Translations under genes and position numbers: made by a program
Source of the DNA: an uncultured Candidatus Peribacteria bacterium
Lineage (GTDB): Bacteria > Patescibacteriota > Gracilibacteria > BD1-5 > UBA2023
Direction: 5' to 3'
DNA: 64,000 bases
Assembly (NCBI GenBank): GCA_964449265.1
Contig: CAYVAG010000001.1
Coordinates: forward strand, 19,717-83,716
Notes under the pieces: model-generated
The model's database searches: none
What the model was told of the DNA's origin: nothing
Seen by the model: only the letters and a program-made list of their open reading frames with translations
Shown here: in pieces, positions 47,822 through 59,131 of the stretch
How the letters are laid out: each line of letters starts with the position of its first letter
How positions within the stretch are numbered: the first letter of the stretch is position 1

Positions 47822-48340
47822 ATGTACAGCTTTATCAAAACATTTTTCGTGAATCTCGGGGTCGCTATAGAATCAGTATCATTACGCGATGAATGAGAAG
47901 ATCTCTATGTAGAAGTAAAAACTTCGGATTCCAATCTCTTGATCGGTATGCATGGAAAGAATCTCGAAGCTATTCAGCATCTTCTCGGGCGTATGGCAGA
48001 AAAAGTTCGAGGAAAATTCGTCCATACACATCTTGAAGTCAATGACTATATGAAGGCAAAAGATGCCAGACTCTTCGCATTTCTCGATTCGAAGATTGCT
48101 TTCGCCATAAGCACAGGAAATCCATTATCAATACCCAATCTTTCATCTTTCGAACGAAAAAAGGCACATGGCTATATCGCAGATAAAAAAATAGAGGATC
48201 TCACCACAAAAAGTGAATGAGAAGGTGATAATCGAGTACTCGTACTCACATATACATGAGTTATTGCAAATAAACTCATCCTAAAAAAAGAGAGTATTAC
48301 TCCACTTGATAGTCTTTCCGAGGATGGTGTCGGTATCTAG
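47822..48340 (+). CDS. KH plus R3H domain RNA-binding protein (Jag/KhpB-like)
   Basis: KH GxxG IGMHGKNLEAIQHLL. R3H region ERKKAHGYIA...TKSE-G-EGDNRVLVL. Three in-frame TGA. Confidence 0.7.
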
Positions 48341-48355
48341 AAATCACTACTTGCT

Positions 48356-49438
48356 ATGCGTCGCCTTTTTTTATATATATTCTTTTTCTCTTCACTTTTT
48401 GGGATATTTTTTTCTATAGGAAGGTATATGAGTGGGAAACCCTATGCTCTCTATGCTGAACTATTCTACTACAGGCGTCTCCATCCCGAAACCCTCCCTG
48501 ATACGAGGACTGCAAAACTCTGGGCAAGTGGTCACGATACCACATATGGAAGTGCTCTCTGGATCAATCTTATACAATACATAGGAGATAATACTCACAA
48601 CAATATATTTCTCGATTTTCTCTACCCTGTGGTCGAAAAGATCACAGAACTTCATCCTCATTTCCCGACGCCGTACATCATAGCAACTCTTCTCGCTCCA
48701 AGCATAGATAAGGACTCTCCAGAATATGAAAGCCATCTCTACCTCGCCAGAGAAGCCCTGAAGGTAGGAGAAAAGTGAATCTCAGAGAGCTGTGATATTG
48801 AAAAAGTAGAGGCTATAAAAAATGCTGATGTGACGAGTGCTCTTTGGAATGATGAAACCCTAAAAAACCCCTGCAAAGACGGTATGCTTCCGTATTATAC
48901 TGCTGATGTAGCAGAGAGAACCTGAGAGAAAGACAAGGCAGAAATCTACTACAAGATCGCTAGCATGAATGATGATGCCCCAGAGTCCTCACGTTTTCTG
49001 ATGATACTGACGAAAGCAAGTGAATGAGATCATCTCTCTGCGGCCAAGAGATTTCTCTTAGTAGCTCTATGAGGATACGATGAACCTCCTTATGCCTGCC
49101 AGGAAAATATCGCGCTCGTAACAAAAAAAGTGACAAACAGAGAAATAGTAGAAGAAGATCTCCCATTCCTAAAAGAAAAAGAGAAAGCTCTCAAGGCACC
49201 AGTCGATACCAAGAATCCTCTCTCATCGAGTGTCACGGGATGCTATGCATCATGAACACGTGGAATCAAACAACTGTATCTCGCCTATATAGATAATAAA
49301 ACAAAAAACTATCCCAATATCACCACAGGAAGTGGACTGATTGCATCTGGGGTACTCACTTCTATACCGACACTTGAAAACCAAAAATGATGGAATATTC
49401 GCAAAAAAGACGGTATCTGGAAATATACAAACTATTAA
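48356..49438 (+). CDS. hypothetical membrane-anchored protein
   Basis: 360-aa frame with six TGA. N-terminal TM LFLYIFFFSSLFGIFFSI. No family recognised. Confidence 0.5.
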
Positions 49439-49439
49439 T

Positions 49440-49802
49440 ATGAAATTCGATAAAAAAACTCTCACATCCTGGAAAGAAAATGGTATATCGAGCATCACCT
49501 CTCGTCTCGTAGAGAAGTGATGTGCTGGAGAGAAGATAGTCATATCTTTCACTCAAGAGGAGAACACTCTTCTTCTTGAAGAACAAGATGGTATTTCTTA
49601 TTTCGTGGAAAAAGACGAGCTCGATTTTTTTCGAGATATCACCATCACAGGAGTATGAAATAAATGGGTCGTAAAAAGCACACAGATCGCAAACCACTGT
49701 GGATGTGGCTCAAGTTTCTCGAGAAAAACAGGGAATCCACTCATCGATCGAGCCCGCGCACTGAAGCTGGAGATGAAACAAAAAAAAGAAGGCATTCATT
49801 AG
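49440..49802 (+). CDS. HesB/IscA-family Fe-S cluster insertion protein-like
   Basis: ...ITITGV-G-NKWVVKSTQIANHCGCGSSF (C-terminal CGCGxSF signature), plus a short basic tail. Confidence 0.6.
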
Positions 49803-49813
49803 CCTTCTTTTTT
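49787..49813 (+). terminator. intrinsic terminator
   Basis: AGAAGGC-ATTCATTA-GCCTTCT followed by TTTTT. The stem overlaps the stop codon. Confidence 0.6.
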
Positions 49814-49825
49814 ACTAGGGTCCTC

Positions 49826-50890
49826 CTATTGTTTACAGATTTTTGTATACTTATCCACCAGTGCCTGGTTTTTTGAGTAGGTGGCGATTACCTGAGCATT
49901 ACATGCTGTCTGACGGTCGAGAGAAGAAAGAGTTTCCATCTTTGCTATCTCAGTGAGCGATTCACTATACTTCCCTATGATGAAGTAGGTACGATAGCGT
50001 ATAGAGAGAAGCTCTATAGTAGCCTTATTGGTAGTGAGGTAGCTGTTAGAGAGAGATATAGTGGTAAGGTAGCGTTTCTCATTATATGCTTGGTTGATCT
50101 GCGCGAGTGTCACTGATCCAGTTGCGATAGGAGCTACAGGAGATATGGTCGGATCGGCAGGAGTACTCGTACTACCACTCGATGAGCTCGATACGGTAGC
50201 GGGTGGGGTGACGATTCCTGCAAAATATGGATCACGGATAAATATACGACTCACTCAACCAAATGGATTTGATCATGTTCTGGTTTTATAACGAGCAAGA
50301 GTCGAGTCATAGTCAAATATACCGATGAGTTTGCGCTTATATTCTGTTTTTTCGAATTGGTAGAGGATTTTTATATCGTATATTCATGTCGTTCCTGTTC
50401 CAACGATGATATCAGCAAATACATGATCAAATCCTCCTGACTGAACAAATTCATATCCAGCAAGACGAGCACCCGAAGGGAGTCAATATGCAGATTTTAT
50501 CGCTACCCAGTCTTTATTGGCGCGAGAGATAAATCCAGCAACATCTTTTCCATATTTTGTCGTGATTTCAGAAAGTGTAGTATCAGGAATACTCGCTTCT
50601 CATGATGACGAAGATGAAGGAAGAATACTAGCAGTAGAAGTTTTCGGTGCCTCTCCAGGAAGTGGGGTTGCGATAGCGCCAGAGTATTCCACAAGAGGAA
50701 TCTTGATACCAGCTTTCGCCATCTCATAGCGGAGTACAGAGTTCTCTGCTTCGAGCTGTTTGATGCGCGCCTCATACTGAGAGATCAGGAGATTCACCTG
50801 AGATAGTGTCGACTGTGGATCTATAGTGACTGCTCCGATAGAAATCGGTACAAGAGCAAGAAGGACGAGATATATACGAGAAAATCGCAT
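49826..50890 (-). CDS. hypothetical secreted protein
   Basis: 354-aa frame (checked) fusing ORFs 50600..50890 and 49826..50254 through five TGA. Signal peptide MRFSRIYLVLLALVPISIGAV, coiled coil, Ser/Thr/Pro linker. Confidence 0.55.
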
Positions 50891-50919
50891 AAAAATAAGT
50901 TAGGATAGATAAAGTGTAA

Positions 50920-51681
50920 CTATGAATCGCTCGAAATCAAGGCTTTCACTGGAGCATAGCTCTTGCGATGAATAGGAGTTATGCCATAATTAATCATCAT
51001 TTCGCTATGTGTTCTTGTCCCATAGCCCTTATGGAGGTGAAATCCATATTCCGGAAAATCCTCACTATATTCACACATTATGCGATCTCGGAGAACTTTC
51101 GCGATGATAGAAGCAGCAGAAATCTGAGGAAAGAGGATATCTCATTGAATGTAGTAGGAGATAATTATCTTGTTCTCTACTGACTGATTGTCTCTGTCAT
51201 TTCGAGAGAGCACTGTTTCTATGGGTAATGGGAAATCCTGCTCTTTTCAGGACTTCTTATTCACTTTCGTAGATTTTCGGGCGAAGATATACTCTGCTTC
51301 CAGGGTATCAAAGATATAGTTATCACATCCATCGATAAAAATCTCGATCGTATCGCCATCCCCCGTAAACTGGAGAAGGGAAAGAATGACATCTTGCATA
51401 CATTGCTTATTCGCTTCGCGGATGCCGATCTCATCTATCGTATGAGCATCTCGGTAAGCGAAGCTATACTGACATCTATTCTCATCCTGCATTTTCTCGA
51501 TCGCATGAAAGAGTTGTTCTCGTATTTCTGGTTTTACTTTTTTCGAATCAGTGAGTCCTCGTAGAGACTCGAAAAGTGGGAGAGCATGAGAACTCTCAGC
51601 CAGCCACCCTCACGCAACAACTGGTCACGCCCATGGACCCCGACCCGCTTCGTCGATACCGATGATATAGTGTTTCTTCAT
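50920..51681 (-). CDS. rnhB: ribonuclease HII
   Basis: IGIDEAGRGPWA-[TGA]-PVVA, ...DSKK..., IDGCDN, ISAASIIAKVLRD, HKGYGT. Five in-frame TGA. Confidence 0.85.
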
Positions 51682-51745
51682 AGAAGGCATCGTAGTGAAA
51701 AGTTGCTTTTTTCCAAGTTTTCTCTATCATGAGCCCGCTCTCACA

Positions 51746-52163
51746 TACCCGAGAGAGGTACACGCGCCCGAGTAATCGGGTGAGGAAAGTCTGGACATCA
51801 TCCGAAAGGAGAAGAGCTAACGGCTCTGGCTCTACCATATATATAAAAGGTGGACTACGGACAGTGCCACAGAGACAATACTAATCCTTCGAAGCCTCGT
51901 GCGAAGAAGGAAAAAAGGTGAAAAGTCATCTGGTGTTGTCATCTTGATCATATGACTCGCTCATACAGAAAGAGAAATAGCTACAGATGAATCTCGCGAA
52001 AGCGGGAGTGGTAAACCCTCTCTGATGCAAAAGGAATGGTACTCGACTGTGATAATTGCTTTCGGACAAGCCACAGTGGGTATACCTTGCTGGAGCTATG
52101 GGGTGACTCATAGCCTAGATAGATGTGTACAGTGATACAGAATCCGGCTTATTATCTCGGGTA
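51746..52163 (+). ncRNA. rnpB: RNase P RNA (bacterial type), ends approximate
   Basis: P4 halves GAGGAAAGTCTGG (51782..51794) and ACAGAATCCGGCTTA (52137..52151). GTGCCACAGAGAC element. P1 pairing TACCCGAGA (51746..51754) with TCTCGGGTA (52155..52163). P3 hairpin CCCGA-GTAA-TCGGG. Confidence 0.8.
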
Positions 52164-52245
52164 GACTGAGAGTACTTATATCCGTCATTCCTGCTTAGGT
52201 AGGGATCTCGATTTTCCCAACTATAAAACTCTTACTTAAAAAAAT

Positions 52246-52872
52246 ATGAACAATATCATGCTCGTCGGTATCCAAGGTTCTGGAAAAGGAACACAAGCTC
52301 GAAAAATCCTCGAAAAATATCCCAACTTTGTCCTTTTGGAAATGGGTGGAGAACTCAGAAGATTCATCCAGACAGACAACCCGCTTGCACAAGAAGCAAA
52401 GAAACTCATGGATGTAGGACTCAAAGCTCCCACTACAGCGATCATCGCTATGGCAGAAGCCTTTCTCATGAAAAATACAGGAAAAAATATCCTTATGGAT
52501 GGTGTTATCAGATCCAAAGATCAGGATGAAGCGATCGGGCATCTTTTCGGGAAGTTCGATGTACTCTATCTCAACCTAGACGAAGAAACTGCCGTAAAGC
52601 GTCTCTGTGGACGCCGTATCGATCCTGTCACGCAGGAGACATTCCCCGCTTCGTTTACTGGTGAAGTGAATCCTAAAACTGGAAATACTCTCGTAACCCG
52701 TACTGACGATACTGAAGAAGCTATCCGCAAACGTATCGCCTGGTCTATCGGAGATACTCTTCCTCTCATCGAAGTCTGGAAAAAACACGGACATGCTGTC
52801 TACAATATCGATGCAAGTCAGAGCGAGGAAGAGATATTTCGAGAAATAGAAAAAGTAGTTTTGGAGAAATAA
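52246..52872 (+). CDS. adk: adenylate kinase
   Basis: P-loop GIQGSGKGTQA, LMDGVIRS, lid region RRIDPVTQETF...TRTDD. No TGA. Confidence 0.9.
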   Translation: MNNIMLVGIQGSGKGTQARKILEKYPNFVLLEMGGELRRFIQTDNPLAQEAKKLMDVGLKAPTTAIIAMAEAFLMKNTGKNILMDGVIRSKDQDEAIGHLFGKFDVLYLNLDEETAVKRLCGRRIDPVTQETFPASFTGEVNPKTGNTLVTRTDDTEEAIRKRIAWSIGDTLPLIEVWKKHGHAVYNIDASQSEEEIFREIEKVVLEK

Positions 52873-52892
52873 AGAATCTCCTATGGAAATAG

Positions 52893-54020
52893 ATGAGAGT
52901 AAACTTCATGCACTACTATATACACATCCCATTTTGTCGACAGAGATGTCCCTACTGTAAGTTTGCACTGACACCCATTTTCGATGAGGCGAAGAAGCGG
53001 CGATATATAGCATACTTGAAAGAAGAGATACGTTCTTACTTTTTGTCATTCTCCGAAGGAGAATCCCTCTCTGAAAAAAACAGATCCTCGCTACGCAAGG
53101 ATGACAAAACAGAAATAAGTACCATCTACTTCGGCTGAGGAACACCTTCAGTACTCTCTCATAGTGAGCTAAGAGATATTCTCGAGTGTTTTCCTAACTA
53201 TAGAAGTGCAAGTGAGATCACCCTCGAATCCAATCCTGAAGATATCACAGAAGACTACGTACGAGGACTTTTCGAACTCGGAGTCACTCGCCTCTCGATG
53301 TGAGTACAGACGCTGAACGATGCAAGTCTGAAGGAAATCCATAGGTCGAATAAAAAGAGAATATATGAAGCACTCGAAAGTATCGAAGTTGCCCGAGAAA
53401 ATAAACAGTGAATCTATATCAACGTAGACTTCATCCTCGGACTTCCCTACACACTTCCAGGAGAAACACTGGACTGAATACAAGAACTCCATACGAAATT
53501 CCCCTTCATCTCTCATACGAGTATCTATATGCTCGAAGATGAGAAATATCCGAAACACTGGAAAGCGAACTCGATCACAGAAACAGAGATGCAAAAGGAA
53601 TTTCTCGATATTATGGAGTATTTCGAGTCGATCGGATGGCATCACTATGAACTATCCAATTTCGCAAAGCCCTGATATGAGAGCCAGCATAATCAGTCCT
53701 ACTGGGATCACTCACCATATCGAGGATTCGGGCTCTCAGCATCGAGCTTCGAGTGAGAAAAGAGATGGACCAATTCGAGTTCATTCGCAGGGTACTATAG
53801 ATGAGAAAAGGAAGGGGAAGAAATCCTGACAAAGGAAGCAATAAAAATAGAAGAAATCATGTTCGGCATGAGAAGAGATGGTGTCGAAAAATCTCTTATC
53901 GAAGAGAACAAATACAGACAACTTATCACCGAGTGACTTCTCGAAATACGATGAGAAAAACTTTTTCCCACAAAAACTTGAATTTTTCTTCTCGATCATA
54001 TAATAGGCGAGCTTATCTAA
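52893..54020 (+). CDS. hemW: radical SAM heme chaperone HemW / oxygen-independent coproporphyrinogen oxidase-like
   Basis: YIHIPFCRQRCPYCKF, IYFG-G-GTPS, ESNPEDIT, ...NVDFILGLP.... About ten in-frame TGA. The start may be ATG 52908. Confidence 0.82.
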
Positions 54021-54167
54021 GTAGTAGATTAATAAAGTCAGCTCAAAAATACTCAAAAACGAGTATATCGAGGATGCAAGAAATTTTTCGACAGGAGTTT
54101 ATCTAAATATAAATGACTGAGAAAAATTTCTGAAGACGAAGAGAGGCGATGTTTTTCAGTGTTTTTT

Positions 54168-54242
54168 GCCGATGTGGCTCAGTGGTAGAGCACGCCCATG
54201 GTAAGGGCGAGGTCACGGGTTCAATCCCCGTCATCGGCTCCA
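54168..54242 (+). tRNA. tRNA-Thr (anticodon GGT), CCA encoded
   Basis: GCCGATG-TG-GCTC AGTGGTA GAGC-A-CGCCC ATGGTAA GGGCG-AGGTC-ACGGG TTCAATC CCCGT-CATCGGC-T-CCA. Confidence 0.92.
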
Positions 54243-54288
54243 TAAAAATTTGACTTCCATAGTATTTCTATATACTTCATCCATTGAC

Positions 54289-54308
54289 ATCCCCGAGAGG
54301 GGATTTTA
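54289..54308 (+). terminator. short hairpin after tRNA-Thr
   Basis: ATCCCC-GAGA-GGGGAT followed by TTTTA. Confidence 0.4.
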
Positions 54309-54317
54309 ATATGGGAA

Positions 54318-54345
54318 TTGACGTGGGATGTATTTTCCATATAAT
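54318..54345 (+). promoter_or_regulatory. putative promoter of secE-nusG (TTGACG, 16 nt, TATAAT)
   Basis: TTGACG at 54318..54323 and TATAAT at 54340..54345, 30 nt upstream of the secE ATG. Confidence 0.45.
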
Positions 54346-54374
54346 TCTCGCGTTTTCATTATCACTCATTTTTT

Positions 54375-54701
54375 ATGTCTAACTTTATAAAAGATTCTGC
54401 CGAAGAGCTCGATCATGTTGTCTGGCCGACTAATGTGGAAAGCAAAAAATATATGGTCTATACTGTTGGAACGATCATCGTACTCTCTATTTTTCTCTCT
54501 ATTATTGGCTACGTTCTCCAATCAGGATTAAAATGAGTCAGGGATCAATTCGATCATACACCTCTCGTAGTAGCATCAGGAAGCGAGCTCGCCACTCAGG
54601 CAGACCTCCAGGCACTCGAAACAGCGCTCGAAAAAGAAAAAGCAAGCCAATCAGGAATGCTTCTCGATATAGCGACAGGAAGCACAGGTAGTGGTAAATA
54701 G
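54375..54701 (+). CDS. secE: preprotein translocase subunit SecE
   Basis: SAEELDHVVWPTNVESKKYMVYTVGTIIVLSIFLSIIGYVL (SecE core plus TM), followed directly by nusG. One in-frame TGA. Confidence 0.8.
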
Positions 54702-54723
54702 TATTTCTTACTCTCAACAAATT

Positions 54724-55275
54724 ATGTTCGATTTCTCTCCGAAGCCCCTCTCAGAATGGTATGTGATCCGTGTGATATCAGGAACAGAGGAAAATGTGCG
54801 CCAATCCCTCATGCAGCGTCGTGAAGCATTTGGACTCGAAAACTCTATCATCGATGTCTTCGTTCCTACTCATGATGCCATCACAGTACGTGCCGGTGGT
54901 AAAAAAGTATCTCGCAAAAAAAATATCTTCCCTGGATATATACTCGTAAATATGATCGTGACCAATGAATCATGGTATATCGTCCGTAATACTCCAAATG
55001 TAACTGGATTTCTCGGAGCTGGTACTGTTCCAGTTCCCGTAAGCGGAAAAGAGCTCGATCAGCTCAAATGAATCCTCACAGAAAAGAGTGAAGAGTACAA
55101 AACTGATATGCAGGTGGGTGACTTCGTCACAGTAAAAAGTGGGCCATTCGAAGGAAGCGAAGGAAAAATCATAGAAGTAAATACTGCAAAGGGTGCTATC
55201 AAAATCATGATCAATCTTCTCGGTCGAGATACTCCTGTAGAAATCGAGTTCGGAAGCGTCAAATCTAAGAAATAA
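54724..55275 (+). CDS. nusG: transcription termination/antitermination factor NusG
   Basis: NGN domain WYVIRVISGTEENV...FPGYILVNM...TPNVTGFLG. KOW GDFVTVKSGPFEGSEGKIIEV. One in-frame TGA. Confidence 0.92.
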
Positions 55276-55297
55276 TCTTCGATTCACCCACTCTCTC

Positions 55298-56038
55298 ATG
55301 CGCATAGCTCTCATTCTCCTCTCCATCCTTGCTTTTGTCTTCATAGGAAGCATATCTTGGTCACTCATAAGCCAGAGTGGAGGATGGAATCTGGGCACTG
55401 CTACTACAAAAAAAACAACAGATACAAGCGTAGAATCATACTGGAGAAATCAGATAAAGACAGAGGAAAAACTCGAAAAACTAACATCACTCGTAGAGGC
55501 AATCGCAGAAAAAAATGGCACCTCTACAGTAGTAAGTAATAAAGGGAGTGGAAGTGAGACTATAATCAAACTTTCTGGCAAGTTCCTCGAACGTATCATG
55601 CCGGCTGTCACTCCTGCACTCGTAGAAAATAGGTGAATCTTCGATTTGCATATATTCGATATAAGTACTCCTTATTCGAGTTATGAAGATGCAAAACTCG
55701 GTATCAGGATGACTGCGACGACTCTCCCCTATGATACGATGATCAAAAATATGCGTGCCGTCGGTCCAACTGTATACTCTGTGAACGAGACGAAATCTTT
55801 CCCGTTTCGAAGCTTCTATCTCAATCCTCCAACATCTGATACGATAGTGCGACTCGTGATAGAAATGGAAGGGCAATCTATCGCTCTCGAAATACAGAAA
55901 ACAAAATTCAATACTGTAAAAGATCTCCTGCTCTGAAAGACTAGTACCATTAAAACAACGGCCCAAATAGCCAAACCACAAACCCAAACTCCTCCTTCCA
56001 CCTGAAGTACGAACTCAACTGGATCTATACGAAGATAA
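55298..56038 (+). CDS. hypothetical membrane-anchored protein
   Basis: 246-aa frame joining ORFs 55298.. and 55646.. through TGA. N-terminal TM IALILLSILAFVFIGSISWSLI. Confidence 0.5.
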
Positions 56039-56077
56039 TCTATATTCCTTATTTATAATTCATTATTCATCTCCCCT

Positions 56078-56560
56078 ATGACTAGCAAAAAAATACTCTT
56101 CACTACTGAATGACTCAAAGAACTCCAAGAAGAGCTCAGATATCTTCGGGAAGAAAAACGCGTAGATATCGCAGAAAAGCTCAAAGAGGCTATCTCATAC
56201 GGTGATCTCTCAGAAAATGCAGAGTACCAAGAAGCTCGTGACGAACAAGCACAGGTAGAGCTCCGTATCGCAGAGCTCGAAGAGATGCTCAAACCAGGCA
56301 ACTATGACCTCATCGATGATGAAAAAACAGGGAAAAAGAAAAAATCTTGAATCAACGTAGGAAACACAGTTATTCTGATATTCGAAAAAGAAAAGATCAC
56401 CTATACAATCGTCGGATCTCAAGAAGCAAATATCTTCGAAAATAAAATATCAAACGAGTCTCCTCTTGGAAGAGCGCTTATCGGAAAAAATAAAGACGAT
56501 GTCATAGAAGTATCTTCACCTTCAGGGAAAAAAGAATATACCATTTTTGATGTAAAATAA
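56078..56560 (+). CDS. greA: transcription elongation factor GreA
   Basis: [46 protein letters not shown]...[14 protein letters not shown]. Two in-frame TGA. Confidence 0.9.
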
Positions 56561-56563
56561 TTC

Positions 56564-56998
56564 ATGTTGAACTCTTACGCTATCCATACATTTTTTTCTG
56601 ATTTTACTATTGCAGTACCATTTGCAGCACTTCTTTTTGCGATCATTATGAAGGGATGTATCCATGCACTAAAGGGAAGGTTCACTATAGGGAAAATGCT
56701 CGGAAGTGGTGGCATGCCATCAGCACATTCGACTTTCGTCGTATCACTCGCGACAGCCATGGGAATAGAGTATGGTCCTTATAGCGACTTCTTTCTCGTG
56801 ACTCTCGTCTTCTCTATCATCATCATATATGATGCTATGAATGTGCGTTACCAGGCAGGGCTCCACGCAAAAGCGATCAATGAACTCACTCCAAATGATG
56901 GAAAAGAGCTCAACGAGATGCTTGGTCATACTCCATTTGAGGCAATTATTGGTGGCGCGATAGGATTTCTCACCGCCGTAGTACTCCTGGGTATCTAG
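56564..56998 (+). CDS. divergent PAP2 / DUF212 family membrane protein
   Basis: ...GSGGMPSAHSTFVVSLATAMG...IIIYDAMNVRYQAG...LGHTPFEAIIGGAIG. Confidence 0.75.
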   Translation: MLNSYAIHTFFSDFTIAVPFAALLFAIIMKGCIHALKGRFTIGKMLGSGGMPSAHSTFVVSLATAMGIEYGPYSDFFLVTLVFSIIIIYDAMNVRYQAGLHAKAINELTPNDGKELNEMLGHTPFEAIIGGAIGFLTAVVLLGI

Positions 56999-57051
56999 TT
57001 GGTATTGTATCAGTATGCTTCAGTGTTGTCTCCTAGCCTTAGACTTTTTCT

Positions 57052-58164
57052 ATGTTCTCTATCCACGACGAAGCAAAAATCATCGACCTCCTCGAATCCA
57101 ATGGGCAGAAGAAATTTCGTTATACACAGCTGGAAAACGCTCTTTATAAGAATTTTATTTCTGATTTCAGTACGATAGAGACTCTCCCAAAAGAAGTACG
57201 TGAACTTATGGTGGAGAATTGTTTTTATAACAGTCTCTCTATACATTCAGAAATCACAAGTGAAGATGGACAGACGACAAAATTTCTCTTCAAGACACAC
57301 GATGATAAGATGATAGAAGCCGTGATCATGCGTCACAAGTCTGGACGCAACACCCTCTGTGTGAGCTGTCAGGCAGGATGCCCGATGGCATGTAGTTTTT
57401 GTGCTACTGGGAAACTTGGACTCATACGAAACCTCGAATCCTATGAAATCATCGACCAAATCATGATAGCTGCATCGAAGCTTCACACTGAGGATCGTAA
57501 GCTCCGGAATATCGTCTATATGGGTATGGGGGAGCCGATGCTCAACTATGATAACGTGGCAGAGTCGATCCATGTAGCGAGCGCTCAGAAAAAGCTTGAT
57601 CTCTCGAATCGTCGTATCACCATATCTACCTGCGGCATAGTACCAGGTATTCTTCGCTTGGCAGAGGATTTTCCTCAGGTATCACTCGCAGTATCACTCC
57701 ATGCGCCCAATGACGAAGCACGTAAGCGTATCATGCCTGTGGAGAACACGTATCCGATCGACAAGCTTATGGAAGCACTCGACACCTATACAGAGAAGAC
57801 CAATAAGCGCGTATTCTATGAATACATCATGATCGCGTGAGTGACCGATCGACCTGAGTTCGCACACGAGCTCGCGAAACTCATGACAGGAAGACTTGCT
57901 CATGTGAACTTCATCCCCTATAATCCCGGGGAAGGTATCATGGGAACAGGATTCCAACCGACGAGCAAAATCATGATCAAAAAATTCCAAGACACTCTCG
58001 ATCAGGCAGGCGTACCATCGACGGTGCGGCATACTATGGGGGATGATATCGACGCTGCCTGTGGTCAACTCGCGCTCAAAGAAGAAGGAAAAAGTCTCGC
58101 AGAAGAAGAAGGAAAAGGACTCAAGAAACTCGTAGAGGGGTATTGGAAAAATGGAGAGGAGTAG
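57052..58164 (+). CDS. rlmN: 23S rRNA/tRNA A2503/A37 C2-methyltransferase RlmN (radical SAM)
   Basis: LCVSCQAGCPMACSFCATG, VYMGMGEPMLNY, ITISTCG, SLHAPNDE, ...DIDAACGQL. One in-frame TGA (57838..57840). Confidence 0.92.
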
Positions 58165-58231
58165 TTTATTATAGTTTTTTGTCAATTCTCTTTTTTCTTG
58201 ATTTCATGAGCAAAAAATATATACTTTCAGT

Positions 58232-58771
58232 ATGTCTATAGAAGCTATCATCTCTCGTATCGAAGAAGAAAAATCAGCAAATAACTATGCATGAGCAAAG
58301 GTTATTGCGCTGGAGTGACTGAAATCTCACACTGACGACTACCGTCTCTATGAAGAGCTCGCAGATATCTATCTCTTTGAGTGAGATCTCGATAGAGCAA
58401 AAGAAGTACTCACAGTAGCACGAGAAATCCATCCTGAAAGTGGTACTGGTATGTATCTCGACGGATATATAGCCACGGCTCGTGGCGAGTTCGATCGCGC
58501 TATAGAGATACTCACCGTAGCCAATAAAAATCTCCCAAACAATCCTGAAATTCTCAGAAATCTCGGATGGGCACACGTCATGAAAGGCGAAGTCATGCGA
58601 GGTCTCTCCCTTTTGCGCCGAGCTCATGCACTCGCACCAGACGAGCCAATGATTATAAATGATCTTTCTGTCGCACTTATCGCACTTGGTGAAGAAGAAG
58701 AGGCACGATCTATTCTCGCACGTCTAGGTCAGTGAGACCTGGTAGATGTTATTAAATCCACTACACTCTAG
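58232..58771 (+). CDS. TPR-repeat protein
   Basis: 179-aa frame with four TGA. Repeated helical pairs (...YEELADIYLFE-G-DLDRAKEVL..., ...LRNLGWAHVMKGEVMRGLSLLRRA...). Confidence 0.6.
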
Positions 58772-58774
58772 TAT

Positions 58775-59131
58775 ATGTTCCAAATAGCTGTATCTGATCT
58801 TCTTGCGAGTTATTCATGAGACTCGAAGTCTTTTTCGTTTTCTGGAGAAATATATGATGGGTATATGGAAGATCTGAAATTCCTTGCCCCTCTCGAATTT
58901 AGTGTACAGATAATAGCCCTCGAGGATGGTGTGGATGTGATATTTGATACGCTAAAAACTACTGTTCTCTACGAATGACACCGACATACTGTTGTTCTTA
59001 CAAAATTCGAACGCACCTACAAGACTCATATTGATCCTCTCGATCCTGATGATATATGTCCGATAGAGAGCGGGACGATCGATCTCACAAGAGTAATCAG
59101 AGAAGAGATTATCATGGCGACACACCTCTAG
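58775..59131 (+). CDS. YceD/DUF177 family protein
   Basis: 118 aa ending ...DPDDICPIESGTIDLTRVIREEIIMATHL, the typical DUF177 C-terminus. Two in-frame TGA. Confidence 0.6.

Noticed and set aside
51596-52111. Minus-strand ORFs 51596..51838 and 51926..52111.
   Set aside because: They overlap the RNase P RNA (and the rnhB start region) and have no protein-like features.
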